From the sequence record NC_031043.1: a DNA stretch of 64,000 nt. The stretch is one strand, 5' to 3'. Positions 46,591 to 55,842 of this stretch are shown one piece after another. Under the pieces are notes generated by a model that saw only the letters and a list, made by a program, of their open reading frames with translations, made no database searches and was not told where the DNA came from. A program made the position numbers and the translations under genes. Numbering within the stretch: the stretch's first letter is position 1; the number at the start of each line of letters is the position of its first letter.

Positions 46591-46604
46591 AAAATTACAT
46601 TTAG

Positions 46605-46640
46605 ACCCCTTACTTTGTGTAAGGGGTTATTACTTTTTTT
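46605..46640 (+). terminator. Intrinsic terminator
   Basis: accccttac/gtaaggggt stem followed by a T-run. Confidence 0.7.
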
Positions 46641-46671
46641 GCACGCAAAAAACATACCTGTTGAGGATACA

Positions 46672-46989
46672 ATGAAAAGAAAAATATTGGTGCTGGCATT
46701 AGTAATGATGTCCGCCGGGTGTGACGCTTCAGAAACCAACTTGTACTACGACCAGCAGCTCCGACGGGAAATCTTCAAAGAGTGTCTGGCATCCATTCCA
46801 AAAGGGCCTGAGAAAATCGATAACTCTAACGACTGGCAGGAAGTGGTTGAAGAGTGCGGCGAACAGGCCAGGAAGATGTCGGCGTTCTATGTGAAGATTC
46901 CTTCCTCTGGTGGTGAAGGTTATTATTTCAATAACAGCATCAAAGGCGGCGAAATGAAAGAACGTACTCCTCAGAAGGTGCAGAAATGA
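46672..46989 (+). CDS. Lipoprotein 1
   Basis: SD gagga; signal peptide MKRKILVLALVMM with lipobox SAGC; Asp at +2. Confidence 0.8.
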   Translation: MKRKILVLALVMMSAGCDASETNLYYDQQLRREIFKECLASIPKGPEKIDNSNDWQEVVEECGEQARKMSAFYVKIPSSGGEGYYFNNSIKGGEMKERTPQKVQK

Positions 46990-47243
46990 AAACACTCATT
47001 TTAGCACTAACTACTACCGCACTACTGGCGGGTTGTGATACGGGACCGGCCCAGAAGGCCGTCTATCGCACAGACGAGGCCAAAGAAGAGCGGTTGTACA
47101 TGGCGTGTCTCGACGCTGTGAAGGTTAAAGTTAAAGCAGGCGAAGATAATCTCGAGGACGCGATTACCTCTTGCCGTACTAACGCGTCGGCGCTGTCATC
47201 CAAAATGGTTTATGTCAATGCGAATCCTAAAAAGCCTCAGTAA
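46986..47243 (+). CDS. Lipoprotein 2 (paralogue of lipoprotein 1)
   Basis: MKTLILALTTTAL with lipobox LAGC; Asp at +2; same two-Cys pattern. Confidence 0.85.
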   Translation: MKTLILALTTTALLAGCDTGPAQKAVYRTDEAKEERLYMACLDAVKVKVKAGEDNLEDAITSCRTNASALSSKMVYVNANPKKPQ

Positions 47244-47331
47244 TCTCGCCGGTTACGGTATTAGCACGATAGCGGCAGGGACCCTTGCATTCTTTGCCGT
47301 TTATTACTTAGCGTTCTACGTCATTATTTAA
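47218..47331 (+). CDS. 37-aa single-TM peptide (not in ORF track)
   Basis: MRILKSLSNLAGYGISTIAAGTLAFFAVYYLAFYVII; fills the gap before the HslU-like gene. Confidence 0.45.
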   Translation: MRILKSLSNLAGYGISTIAAGTLAFFAVYYLAFYVII

Positions 47332-47379
47332 CCCGTCACCCGACTACCCTTGCGTGGTTGGGTACAATGAGGAATAAGC

Positions 47380-49428
47380 ATGAAAGGTTCTAAAGGTATT
47401 CGCACTCCGGTAGAAATGGTTGAAATCTTCGATAAGTCAGTCCGTGGTCAGCATGACGCTAAGCGTATGCTTGCCGTTGCGATTGCAAACCGTCACCGTC
47501 GTACCAAACTCTCAGCAGAAGACCGCAAGTTCATCAAGAAACAAAACATCTTGATTGAAGGCCCTACCGGTTCAGGTAAGACTGCGCTGATGCGTGTACT
47601 GCGTGAAGACTTTGGCTTGCCGGTATTGGAAGTGGATATCACAGAGTACAGTGAAACCGGTTATCACGGTAAGTCCGTCGCGGATATGATTGGTCAGCTC
47701 TCGCAGCTCGACTTTACGGTGCCGAAGTGGTTTAAGGAAAAGCCCGAAGTTAAGGAAGTGAAGAAGGCCGAAGATGTTAAGCTTACTGCGAACAGCTCCT
47801 TCGATAGTGGGACTAAAGACAAAGACACCGCCCGCAAGCATCTCATCGTCTCCCGTATCCTACTGATTGGGTTAATCGCCGGACGTGTATACAGTAATCA
47901 TGCGCTCTCTGATGCTGGTGTGGGCTCTATGATTCACAAGACGGTGGAAGATTACGGCTCAGAAAACCCCGCTGAACTGATTAACTTCTTCCAGCGTGGT
48001 TGTGATTTGGTAGATAACCACGAAATCCCTATTCTTGCCGACTCCACAGCGTTCATTGAAGCGGCCGCCCGGGCTATCATACCGTTTGAAGAGTCAGGCG
48101 ATAAAGACCGCGTACCGACCCCTGAGTTCTTCGCACGTTATAAACTCGAAGGGTCGACTGTTAATGGGCTGCTCGGCGGTTTGATGGCATTAGACGTAGC
48201 CGACATTAACGCCCTGTGGGATGTCAAAACGCCAGTTGAAGAAATTGAAGCTTGGCCGAAGGTAGCACTTGCCGGTGAAAAGAACGGGTTCTATCGTGAA
48301 CGCTTGAAAGCCGCCATGACAACGTACTTCTTCCGTTCGTTGATTGCAGGCATGCTTCGTAACGACGTGGCAAAAGTTACCGACCACGCTTCACGTACCA
48401 TGGCGATGCAGAAGTACAACGGCAAAGACATGACCAAAGAAGTAACGACAATTTTATCTTCCGATAATCAAGAAGAGAAAGACAAGTTACTTAAGTACGT
48501 CAAAGATGGGATGCCGGTATTGTGTGCCAGCTCAATGGTTTCCTTGAGCCGTGGATTCCGTTCGTGGACTAATGCGCTACCTAAGCTGAAACTGACTACC
48601 AAGTCAGAACTGTTATTCCCGCCTAAGGTGACAGCGGCATGGGATGAGCTAATCGACATGACCTTTGAAACGTTTTGGGACTTAACCACCAAAGATTTTC
48701 AAAGTAAGACGGTGAAACAAGTCCGTGACGATGTCAACAATGGGGGCTTGCTGTTCGCTCCGAGCGGGGATACTGGTTTGGATAACGACATGCCGTGGAA
48801 TCGTCGACCACCAATGGGTGGTATTCCGGGTCTGGGTATGATGTTCAACATGGGCGGCGGCGCTAACGTTACTGGAGATTCCAAAGAGTTCCTCGAGAAC
48901 TTTGCGGTCGTCTTCATTGATGAAATCGATAAACTGATTCAGGCATCTGACCGTTCTGATGACGTTTCACGTATTGGCGTACAACGCGGTCTACTGAAGC
49001 TGGTAGAGGGCGGCGTCTATAGTGGTATCGACACTAGCAACATTCTGTTCGTGGGCGCAGGAGCCTTCTCAGGCACCACACCGTCGAAGCTGTTACCTGA
49101 GCTGGTTGGCCGCTTCCCAATTCGTGCCCGTCTGAAGGCATTAACGCACGATGACTACAAAGCCATCTGTCAGTTAAGTAAATCAGCGTTCAACATGTAT
49201 CTGAAGATGCTCGAAACGGATGGCGTTAAAGTTATCCATGATGACGACACCTTTGGTTACATTGCGCAGATTACTGAACTGGAAAACCAGGAATTCAATC
49301 TGGGTGCTCGTCGCATTGAAGCGATTATCGAGCGTGTTTTTGAACCGGCCATGTTTGAGCCGGAGAAGTTCTTAGAACACGGGTTTGATATCCGTGGTGA
49401 AACACTACGTAAATCATTAAGAGGTTAA
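47380..49428 (+). CDS. hslU: HslU (ClpY)-like AAA+ unfoldase with enlarged I-domain
   Basis: GQHDAKRMLAVAIANRHRR, GPTGSGKT, GYHG, VFIDEIDK, SRIGVQRGLLKLVEG, PELVGRFPIR and LGARRI. Confidence 0.85.
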   Translation: MKGSKGIRTPVEMVEIFDKSVRGQHDAKRMLAVAIANRHRRTKLSAEDRKFIKKQNILIEGPTGSGKTALMRVLREDFGLPVLEVDITEYSETGYHGKSVADMIGQLSQLDFTVPKWFKEKPEVKEVKKAEDVKLTANSSFDSGTKDKDTARKHLIVSRILLIGLIAGRVYSNHALSDAGVGSMIHKTVEDYGSENPAELINFFQRGCDLVDNHEIPILADSTAFIEAAARAIIPFEESGDKDRVPTPEFFARYKLEGSTVNGLLGGLMALDVADINALWDVKTPVEEIEAWPKVALAGEKNGFYRERLKAAMTTYFFRSLIAGMLRNDVAKVTDHASRTMAMQKYNGKDMTKEVTTILSSDNQEEKDKLLKYVKDGMPVLCASSMVSLSRGFRSWTNALPKLKLTTKSELLFPPKVTAAWDELIDMTFETFWDLTTKDFQSKTVKQVRDDVNNGGLLFAPSGDTGLDNDMPWNRRPPMGGIPGLGMMFNMGGGANVTGDSKEFLENFAVVFIDEIDKLIQASDRSDDVSRIGVQRGLLKLVEGGVYSGIDTSNILFVGAGAFSGTTPSKLLPELVGRFPIRARLKALTHDDYKAICQLSKSAFNMYLKMLETDGVKVIHDDDTFGYIAQITELENQEFNLGARRIEAIIERVFEPAMFEPEKFLEHGFDIRGETLRKSLRG

Positions 49429-49432
49429 TATC

Positions 49433-50458
49433 ATGCCATTCCAATCGGTCGAAGAACTGCGTACGTTTATTGCTAGCTCTTCTATTAATGATAGAATGAA
49501 CTGGGCGCGGGAAGTGCTCATCAACAATGATGGTTGGTTGAAATTCGTCACTGATAACATTGTTGAAGTTGCCGATGACCTGATGGTCGCAAACTGTCGG
49601 GGCTGGGATAAACAAAAGCGGCTGGCCCGCTTAACCTTTAGTCGTTACGACGGCTTTTTGTGGGGCGACATTGTCTATAACCGGGCAATGCGTCAAACCG
49701 GGGATTCCTATTTTGCAACACAGTACCAACGCGCTGTAGCCTCGTTCCGTCATGCCACCGATGCGCACATCATCGAAATGACATTCAGTATCTTCAAGCA
49801 TCTGATTAATGTCAGCGAGAAGGCGTACGTTTACGAATTCAGTTCTTGCGCAGAACGGGTCTTTAAACAGTTTGACCTGCGACTTAAACCTGACCAGCGC
49901 CGTACCATTCAAACCCTCCTGATTCTCCAACGGATGTTCCCGGGATTAGATATCCGGGTTGGGGATTTCAAATGGTTGGAAAGTCACATGGCGTTGTTCC
50001 GTGGATTACATGAGGGGGTAGGTGAGCATCTTGTTGAAATGCGTGAAAACGGATTCCAATGGAGACGTTTGGACGGGGCAGTTAATACGCACACCTACAC
50101 CACCGTGGGGTTAGCGGCAGGGAACCGTTCGGAACTGAAGTTAGTTTTCACCAACACGGACAAGATGCATCCGGACGCCTTCAGTAATTTGTTAGATGGC
50201 GGTCAGGCCACAGCTGAACTGATGCGTAATGCCATTGGCGCAATCCTGCAGCGGGAGTGTGTAGAGTACGGCGTGGACATTCGTTACGTACAACGTGATA
50301 TCCAGCAGTACATCCGTAAACAAGGTAAGCGTATTGCGAAACAAGGCAGTACCTACCAGCACTTAGCAATGGCTGGTTCGGTGTTCCCACAACACACTTC
50401 TATTATCGAGATTGACATGACCCATGAAAGTCTTCACGGTAAGCCTGTCGCATCATAA
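49433..50458 (+). CDS. Hypothetical protein, 341 aa
   Basis: SD gagg. Confidence 0.8.
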   Translation: MPFQSVEELRTFIASSSINDRMNWAREVLINNDGWLKFVTDNIVEVADDLMVANCRGWDKQKRLARLTFSRYDGFLWGDIVYNRAMRQTGDSYFATQYQRAVASFRHATDAHIIEMTFSIFKHLINVSEKAYVYEFSSCAERVFKQFDLRLKPDQRRTIQTLLILQRMFPGLDIRVGDFKWLESHMALFRGLHEGVGEHLVEMRENGFQWRRLDGAVNTHTYTTVGLAAGNRSELKLVFTNTDKMHPDAFSNLLDGGQATAELMRNAIGAILQRECVEYGVDIRYVQRDIQQYIRKQGKRIAKQGSTYQHLAMAGSVFPQHTSIIEIDMTHESLHGKPVAS

Positions 50459-50813
50459 AGCCGCCACGGGGAAAGGAATCCCCTTGTTGGACATTACGGT
50501 CAAATCGGGGCTAAAGGAACTAGCCCCTGACTGGGATTTCTTGATGGAGTACAAGAAGTCTAAAATGGATGAAGCGGCGCAAGCAGAATACACCCGCAAA
50601 TACTTCGCGAAACTGAACCGGATATGGAAAGCTAATCCTGACTTATTCTTGAATCTGTTTCGTGATTACGTTGAAGTTGCCTTTGCGTGTTACTGCGGTC
50701 CGAACGCCTGCTTCTGTCACCGCTTTTTATTAGTCGATGCTCTAGAAAAGATGGCGAAGAAACTTAACCTGCCTTTTGAACGAGGCGGTGAGTTAACGTT
50801 AACAAAAAAATAA
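50424..50813 (+). CDS. DUF488-like protein
   Basis: ELAPDW...Y...Y..KL and ACYC....FCHRFLL pattern. Confidence 0.6.
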   Translation: MKVFTVSLSHHKAATGKGIPLLDITVKSGLKELAPDWDFLMEYKKSKMDEAAQAEYTRKYFAKLNRIWKANPDLFLNLFRDYVEVAFACYCGPNACFCHRFLLVDALEKMAKKLNLPFERGGELTLTKK

Positions 50814-50827
50814 GTGGAGTAATAACG

Positions 50828-51349
50828 ATGCAATTGAATTTCTACACGCCGCGCGAGCGGTCGTACCTCTCCGGGAATATCCCACCGGGCGGTAACAGCT
50901 TAAACATCGAACACTTAAAAGAAGTGGTCGCTCGTAAGTTCCCCAATGAAGATTGGGACCGTATCTATTTCGTTTCCAAAGTGGTCGGTAATGCACTGGT
51001 GGGGCTGGCGAACATGAACACCTGTCACCGTGACCGTTGGGAATGGTACGTTCCAAAAACACCACAACGTATTTTTATTGGCGGTGAAGAAGTGCAGGTT
51101 TGCCCGGTTGCGCACAGCATGGCTTCGTCTGAAATGCTTAATGTAATATGGGGCCGTCCGCGTCGTGAAATAATCGAAGCGGTGGCTGCCTTACAAGAAG
51201 CAGGCTTTGACGGTCTGAAAGACGTCAGTATCGAATCTGAAGATATTAACCGTTGCTTCCTCACCCTGTCGTGGCACGGTGAGAAGTTCCCGACTACTCG
51301 TAATGTGATTTACTTGCATAAAGGCAGTCTGTGGCGTGGTAAGCGGTAG
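50828..51349 (+). CDS. Hypothetical protein
   Basis: SD ggag. Confidence 0.75.
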   Translation: MQLNFYTPRERSYLSGNIPPGGNSLNIEHLKEVVARKFPNEDWDRIYFVSKVVGNALVGLANMNTCHRDRWEWYVPKTPQRIFIGGEEVQVCPVAHSMASSEMLNVIWGRPRREIIEAVAALQEAGFDGLKDVSIESEDINRCFLTLSWHGEKFPTTRNVIYLHKGSLWRGKR

Positions 51350-51383
51350 TTCGCTTGTCGGCCTCAGGCTGACAGGTGACCGT

Positions 51384-51593
51384 ATGTTTTCACGTTTGTT
51401 TTGGTGTATCGTTGTAAAAGTCAATAAGCGTAATGCGGAATTGATGAAACGCAATAACGAGTTAACTGCAATGTTGAATGCAGAAAAGCTCGCACACGTC
51501 CAAACCAAAGATGAAGTATTTGGGCTCAAAGAGGATATCGCTCGGGGTGCTGTTAGAATGGCCGACTTAGTAAGGAAGTTAGACCATGTGTAA
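51384..51593 (+). CDS. Small coiled-coil protein
   Basis: SD aggtg; heptad pattern. Confidence 0.6.
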   Translation: MFSRLFWCIVVKVNKRNAELMKRNNELTAMLNAEKLAHVQTKDEVFGLKEDIARGAVRMADLVRKLDHV

Positions 51594-51930
51594 ATTATGC
51601 GATTTCCTTGATGATGATGTGCTTGGTCGTTTAGAAACGCATTTGGTAGTTATTCAGCTGGCACCGCTAAAGGGCTGGCGTCAAAAGAAACTCTCAGTCG
51701 AGACCTTTAAGTTGCTGGACCGGTTCTATGACGTAGAAGGGGATATACTGCCCCGACTGACAGAAGACTGTGACCAAGCTTACGCACGTTACAAAGTCTC
51801 CCCGACGGAGTTTAATCGTGAAGTGCGTAACCAGCTAGACCGCACGATGATGTTGATGTGCATGAAGCTGGGCACCATTAAAGGGCTTATCAATTCAGCC
51901 ACACCATGGCTTTCGGTAATGGAGGCGTAG
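51586..51930 (+). CDS. Hypothetical protein (N-terminal CxxC)
   Basis: SD aagga; overlap coupling. Confidence 0.7.
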   Translation: MCKLCDFLDDDVLGRLETHLVVIQLAPLKGWRQKKLSVETFKLLDRFYDVEGDILPRLTEDCDQAYARYKVSPTEFNREVRNQLDRTMMLMCMKLGTIKGLINSATPWLSVMEA

Positions 51931-52214
51931 TGATAGACACGAACGAGTTAATTAGGCGAGTGATGCGAGGTGAGAAGATAGAGGACACGTATGAACATGC
52001 GGACGCCCTCTTGCAAGCTTTCTGCCCGCTACACTCTGAACATTACGAAATTTACCCGGCGGGTCAGGAATATATTTTCCGTTCCCGTGACCGCAAGTAT
52101 GAAGTAATGCGCTATCCCCGTACACTCGGCGGGGTAATAATTCTCCAAGGTCAATTCGAAGCGGCAATAGCGAAAGTCCTCGTCTATTACGCAACGGGTG
52201 GTCAGGGGTTTTAA
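51930..52214 (+). CDS. Hypothetical protein
   Basis: GTG start with SD ggagg. Confidence 0.65.
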   Translation: MIDTNELIRRVMRGEKIEDTYEHADALLQAFCPLHSEHYEIYPAGQEYIFRSRDRKYEVMRYPRTLGGVIILQGQFEAAIAKVLVYYATGGQGF

Positions 52215-52219
52215 TAGAC

Positions 52220-52253
52220 GGAGCCTTCGGGCTCCCCTACCTTTTATTTTTTT
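52220..52253 (+). terminator. Intrinsic terminator ending the early region
   Basis: ggagcc-ttcg-ggctcc followed by a T-run. Confidence 0.7.
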
Positions 52254-52322
52254 GTCCTTACACCTTTTCCCTAATCGTATGTATCTACGAGTACGTTTAA
52301 ACTTGTCATAAGGCGCTTCAAG

Positions 52323-53123
52323 ATGAGGTCAGTCGCATTAGAGAATTTAATCTCGCTAATTAATTCCGCTAACTCAGCTGAAACCCCCATCTCGCTTGAA
52401 GATGTCGACGTTTCAGTCCCGTACGAAATCAATACTGATGGTTGCGACACTGAGGTCGTCGTCACTACCAAGCCTGATTATCTGCCATTGCGTGGTAAGC
52501 AGACCTTCCGTTATCTGCGCCGTGCTATTGGTAGCGTTGTCAAAGGGGATTTGGAACTGTATTTAGACCCGGAGATGCAAACCAGTTACGATTTGATTCC
52601 GTTCTTGAACCAAGAGCTCGGGATTCAACTCACCGAAGACGATGTGATTAACGACCCGATTGTGGACGAGATTCACCTCCTACGTGCCGCCCCCCGTTCT
52701 TACGAATGGAAAGACACGGCTATCGTGCTGATGAAGCAAGCCACGAAACTGGAAGAAGTGATTACTGAGACGGGCTTAGACGGTCTGGTGTATCCGGACT
52801 CTCAAGACCCGATAGGACAAGCCTACATCTATTCCTACGGGGTAGACTGTTCGCGGATTAAACCGTTCTTATCAGTAATGGCTCCTGGCGTGGAGTTTGA
52901 TGATACTGCTCTTGCGGTAGAATTGAACAAGGCCGTACCAGAAGTGTGGGTAGCGGTGTCAACGCAGGCCGACTGGAACCTGAAAGACGCCCAGTGCGTG
53001 TATGAAGGTCCGACTTCGGGACTGATTGGTGCAAACCCGGCCTTCGAGCGTGTGGTGTCCATCGAGCTGAGCGAGCTGTGCAGTAATTTCGCCGGTACGC
53101 TGAACCTGCATTACAATCCATGA
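52323..53123 (+). CDS. Virion tail/baseplate paralogue 1 (phiKZ gp131-like family)
   Basis: LI.LIN..N...T......G...F.YLR...LN..LG..L..DD; C-terminal G.LNLHYN. Confidence 0.75.
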   Translation: MRSVALENLISLINSANSAETPISLEDVDVSVPYEINTDGCDTEVVVTTKPDYLPLRGKQTFRYLRRAIGSVVKGDLELYLDPEMQTSYDLIPFLNQELGIQLTEDDVINDPIVDEIHLLRAAPRSYEWKDTAIVLMKQATKLEEVITETGLDGLVYPDSQDPIGQAYIYSYGVDCSRIKPFLSVMAPGVEFDDTALAVELNKAVPEVWVAVSTQADWNLKDAQCVYEGPTSGLIGANPAFERVVSIELSELCSNFAGTLNLHYNP

Positions 53124-53132
53124 GGTTAAGAC

Positions 53133-53975
53133 ATGGCCAAATACGTTAAGACCTCGAAAGAGATGTTGTTGGATACCATCAACATCGAGAACAACCTGCA
53201 AGCCACCCCATTAACGTGGGACGTGATTGCAGCCGGTTACCCTGAACTGGTGACCACCCCGGGAGCTGACCGTAATACCCGTGTGCTGTTATACGGACTG
53301 TACGGTCAAGGCTATAAAGGTAACGTGACCATCACGTACAACCGCCTTGAAATGCCAGTGATGTTCCGGAACGTCGTGCCTGTCGTGGTGACGAACCCGG
53401 TCGATAAGCTCTCTGACCTGTTGCCATTCTTAAACAAAAAGTATGGCTTGTCTTTGATTGCGGATGACATTGTCGACCAGTCAGTGAAAGACTTAGGTGA
53501 GAGCTGGATTCTGGATGTGGTGGTGAAGCCGGGTAGTCTGGCTTGGACGGGTACCTTCCGCTTACGTTATGCGAAGTTCTTCCCGAACTTAGCCGATGTG
53601 ATTACGGATGTGGACTTAAGCGCAATCATCGCGCCGTTCACCGTGGCAGATAAACCTCAAGCGGAGTACGTGTCCTACGGTTACGACTGGACAGACCTGC
53701 GGCAGCAGTTTGAAACGGATTGGGCATTCAACCGTGCCATCACTGCTGCTGATGTGGATATGCTGAACGAGATTGTCCCGTTGAAATTCACGTATGCATT
53801 ACCTGCGGATGCCAAAGAAGGGGAAATCTCTTTGCGTGGCGCTCGCTATCAAGGTACTGCGGCAGTCGCTGCTAAGAGTCAGCATAATCCTGACTACCGG
53901 CGTGTGGCTGTTATCAAACTGGCTACGACCAGTAACTACGCGGGTAACCTCTTCTTCCATTACTTACCGCTGTAA
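53133..53975 (+). CDS. Virion tail/baseplate paralogue 2
   Basis: Same domain pair; ends GNLFFHY. Confidence 0.75.
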   Translation: MAKYVKTSKEMLLDTINIENNLQATPLTWDVIAAGYPELVTTPGADRNTRVLLYGLYGQGYKGNVTITYNRLEMPVMFRNVVPVVVTNPVDKLSDLLPFLNKKYGLSLIADDIVDQSVKDLGESWILDVVVKPGSLAWTGTFRLRYAKFFPNLADVITDVDLSAIIAPFTVADKPQAEYVSYGYDWTDLRQQFETDWAFNRAITAADVDMLNEIVPLKFTYALPADAKEGEISLRGARYQGTAAVAAKSQHNPDYRRVAVIKLATTSNYAGNLFFHYLPL

Positions 53976-53983
53976 GGGATACC

Positions 53984-54829
53984 ATGCCAATTTTAGCAAC
54001 TGCTGAACAAATTCTGATTGATGAAATCAATACAGAAAACGGGCTGGACCTGAGCGTGGAAGATGTGGAATTTGCTCTCCCCCAGGTACCAACCACTCCT
54101 GAAGAACTGACCGCGGCCAATGGCCACAATGCAATGGTGCGTATTCAGGCACTGGCTACGGCTAACGCATTAGGCCACACCTCCGTCTATTACGACCGCG
54201 TGGATTTCGCAGACCTCTTTACTGACCCGGACGGAATCTCTCCGTTACGTGTACCAGCTCGACTGGACAGTGTGTTTACGTGCCACGATATTGTTAAACT
54301 GATTAACCAGTATTACGGGTTAAGTCTCCGCGTGGGCGATGTTGAGAACACCGACGTCGATCGGGTGGCATGGAAAGTCCTCTTGAAAGCGACACCAACT
54401 TCGTTGGGCTGGATTGGGGAACAAACGGTACAACTGATTCCCGGGGATGCCTTGCTGCCGTCGAACTTCGACCCGCAAAGTGTAACCGCCTACAGTTATC
54501 CGCACTTTAATACCCGTGTGGGGCAAGGGGCAATTTACTCCTACCCGTGGCGTTTTGATAACTATGCTGCCGAGCTAAAAGCTGGCGGTATGAATCTGAC
54601 CATGGCTCGCTTGGCGCAAATCCTGAAGTTGGTTACAGGGGATGCGTGGATTGTTTATCGTAACCCGATTAACTTTAACCTGCTGGAATGTGCGGTGTCG
54701 TATAACGGCCCTAACCGTGCAGACTTACCAACGAACCCATCCGTGGATAACGTGTTAGTTATCGAACTGTCGCTTTACTGTCTTAACCTTGGCGGGCGTT
54801 TGTACCTCCATTACAACGACCCCGATTAA
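53984..54829 (+). CDS. Virion tail/baseplate paralogue 3
   Basis: YYDRVDF; ends GRLYLHYN. Confidence 0.75.
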   Translation: MPILATAEQILIDEINTENGLDLSVEDVEFALPQVPTTPEELTAANGHNAMVRIQALATANALGHTSVYYDRVDFADLFTDPDGISPLRVPARLDSVFTCHDIVKLINQYYGLSLRVGDVENTDVDRVAWKVLLKATPTSLGWIGEQTVQLIPGDALLPSNFDPQSVTAYSYPHFNTRVGQGAIYSYPWRFDNYAAELKAGGMNLTMARLAQILKLVTGDAWIVYRNPINFNLLECAVSYNGPNRADLPTNPSVDNVLVIELSLYCLNLGGRLYLHYNDPD

Positions 54830-54848
54830 ACCGTGAAAGGAAGTTAGA

Positions 54849-55772
54849 ATGAAACCTTTAAACAAAACGTCCGACCTGCTGGTTCTCGATTTCATTAACG
54901 AAAAGAACCCGACCGCCGAGCTGGAGCTGTCCAAGGTCAGCTTCGATGACCCACGCGCTAAAACTCCTGAAGACGCGACAGCTGACGGTACCAATACCGA
55001 CCTGACCGTAAAAGCCCGTAAGAACTCCGGCTATATCGGCACCCAAGACGTTGACTATAACCGTCTTGATGGCGTGTCACTGTTCCGTAACGTTACTGCG
55101 TATCTGGACGTTAAACTGCCGAAGACCACTACTGACCTGCTGACCCAGCTGAACGCCCAGTATGGCCTGAAGCTGACTGCGGACGATATCGTCCCGGCTG
55201 ACATCCCTGCGGATACTAACCCGCCAGTGACCGACCCGGATGCACCAGATCCAGTTCCAGTTGACCACACCATTACCTTTGCAGAAACCTGCTTAGCGTA
55301 CATCGGTACCATCCCGGTTAAAATCGGTCCTAAGCCACAGGTGGGTGAACGTCTGAGTCTGGTTATCCCTAACACCAAACTCGATGGTCTGGTTTACCCT
55401 GACGGCGCTGACGCAGTTAAAGGTCAGGCGTACATCTACTCGTACGGCATTGACGCGACTGCAGTGGCAACCTTCCTGAAAGCACAAGCTGAAGGCGTAA
55501 TGTCCAACGATACTGCATTTGCAGTAGAGATGAACAAAATCGTCCCAGAGCTGTGGGTTGGTTCTGAAGATGCAGCTGACTACAACCTCAAAGGCGCGAA
55601 CGTTATTTATAACGGTGCCACCATTAAGCAAGTTGACGATGGTGCAGGCGGTACTAAAGACGAACCTGTCGAAGGTGCGAACACTGAGTTCAACAACGTC
55701 ATGTTGCTGGAACTGTCTGATACACTGTGCTCTAACTTCACCGGCACAATGTTCTTGCACTACAACGCCTAA
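54849..55772 (+). CDS. Virion tail/baseplate paralogue 4
   Basis: YNRLD; Pro/Asp-rich insert; second half very similar to paralogue 1; ends GTMFLHYN. Confidence 0.75.
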   Translation: MKPLNKTSDLLVLDFINEKNPTAELELSKVSFDDPRAKTPEDATADGTNTDLTVKARKNSGYIGTQDVDYNRLDGVSLFRNVTAYLDVKLPKTTTDLLTQLNAQYGLKLTADDIVPADIPADTNPPVTDPDAPDPVPVDHTITFAETCLAYIGTIPVKIGPKPQVGERLSLVIPNTKLDGLVYPDGADAVKGQAYIYSYGIDATAVATFLKAQAEGVMSNDTAFAVEMNKIVPELWVGSEDAADYNLKGANVIYNGATIKQVDDGAGGTKDEPVEGANTEFNNVMLLELSDTLCSNFTGTMFLHYNA

Positions 55773-55778
55773 GTGCTC

Positions 55779-55822
55779 GCTAGGGGGAGGGATTCCTCCC
55801 CCTAGCCTCTCTTAGTTTTTTA
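55779..55822 (+). terminator. Intrinsic terminator
   Basis: 12-bp stem gctagggggagg/cctccccctagc. Confidence 0.75.
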
Positions 55823-55842
55823 GACCTGCCGAGGAGGCTGCT

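Noticed and set aside
46672-47243. Spanin (Rz/Rz1) assignment for the lipoproteins
   Set aside because: Not Pro-rich, Asp at +2 argues against outer-membrane sorting, there is no i-spanin partner, and they are far from the lysis gene.
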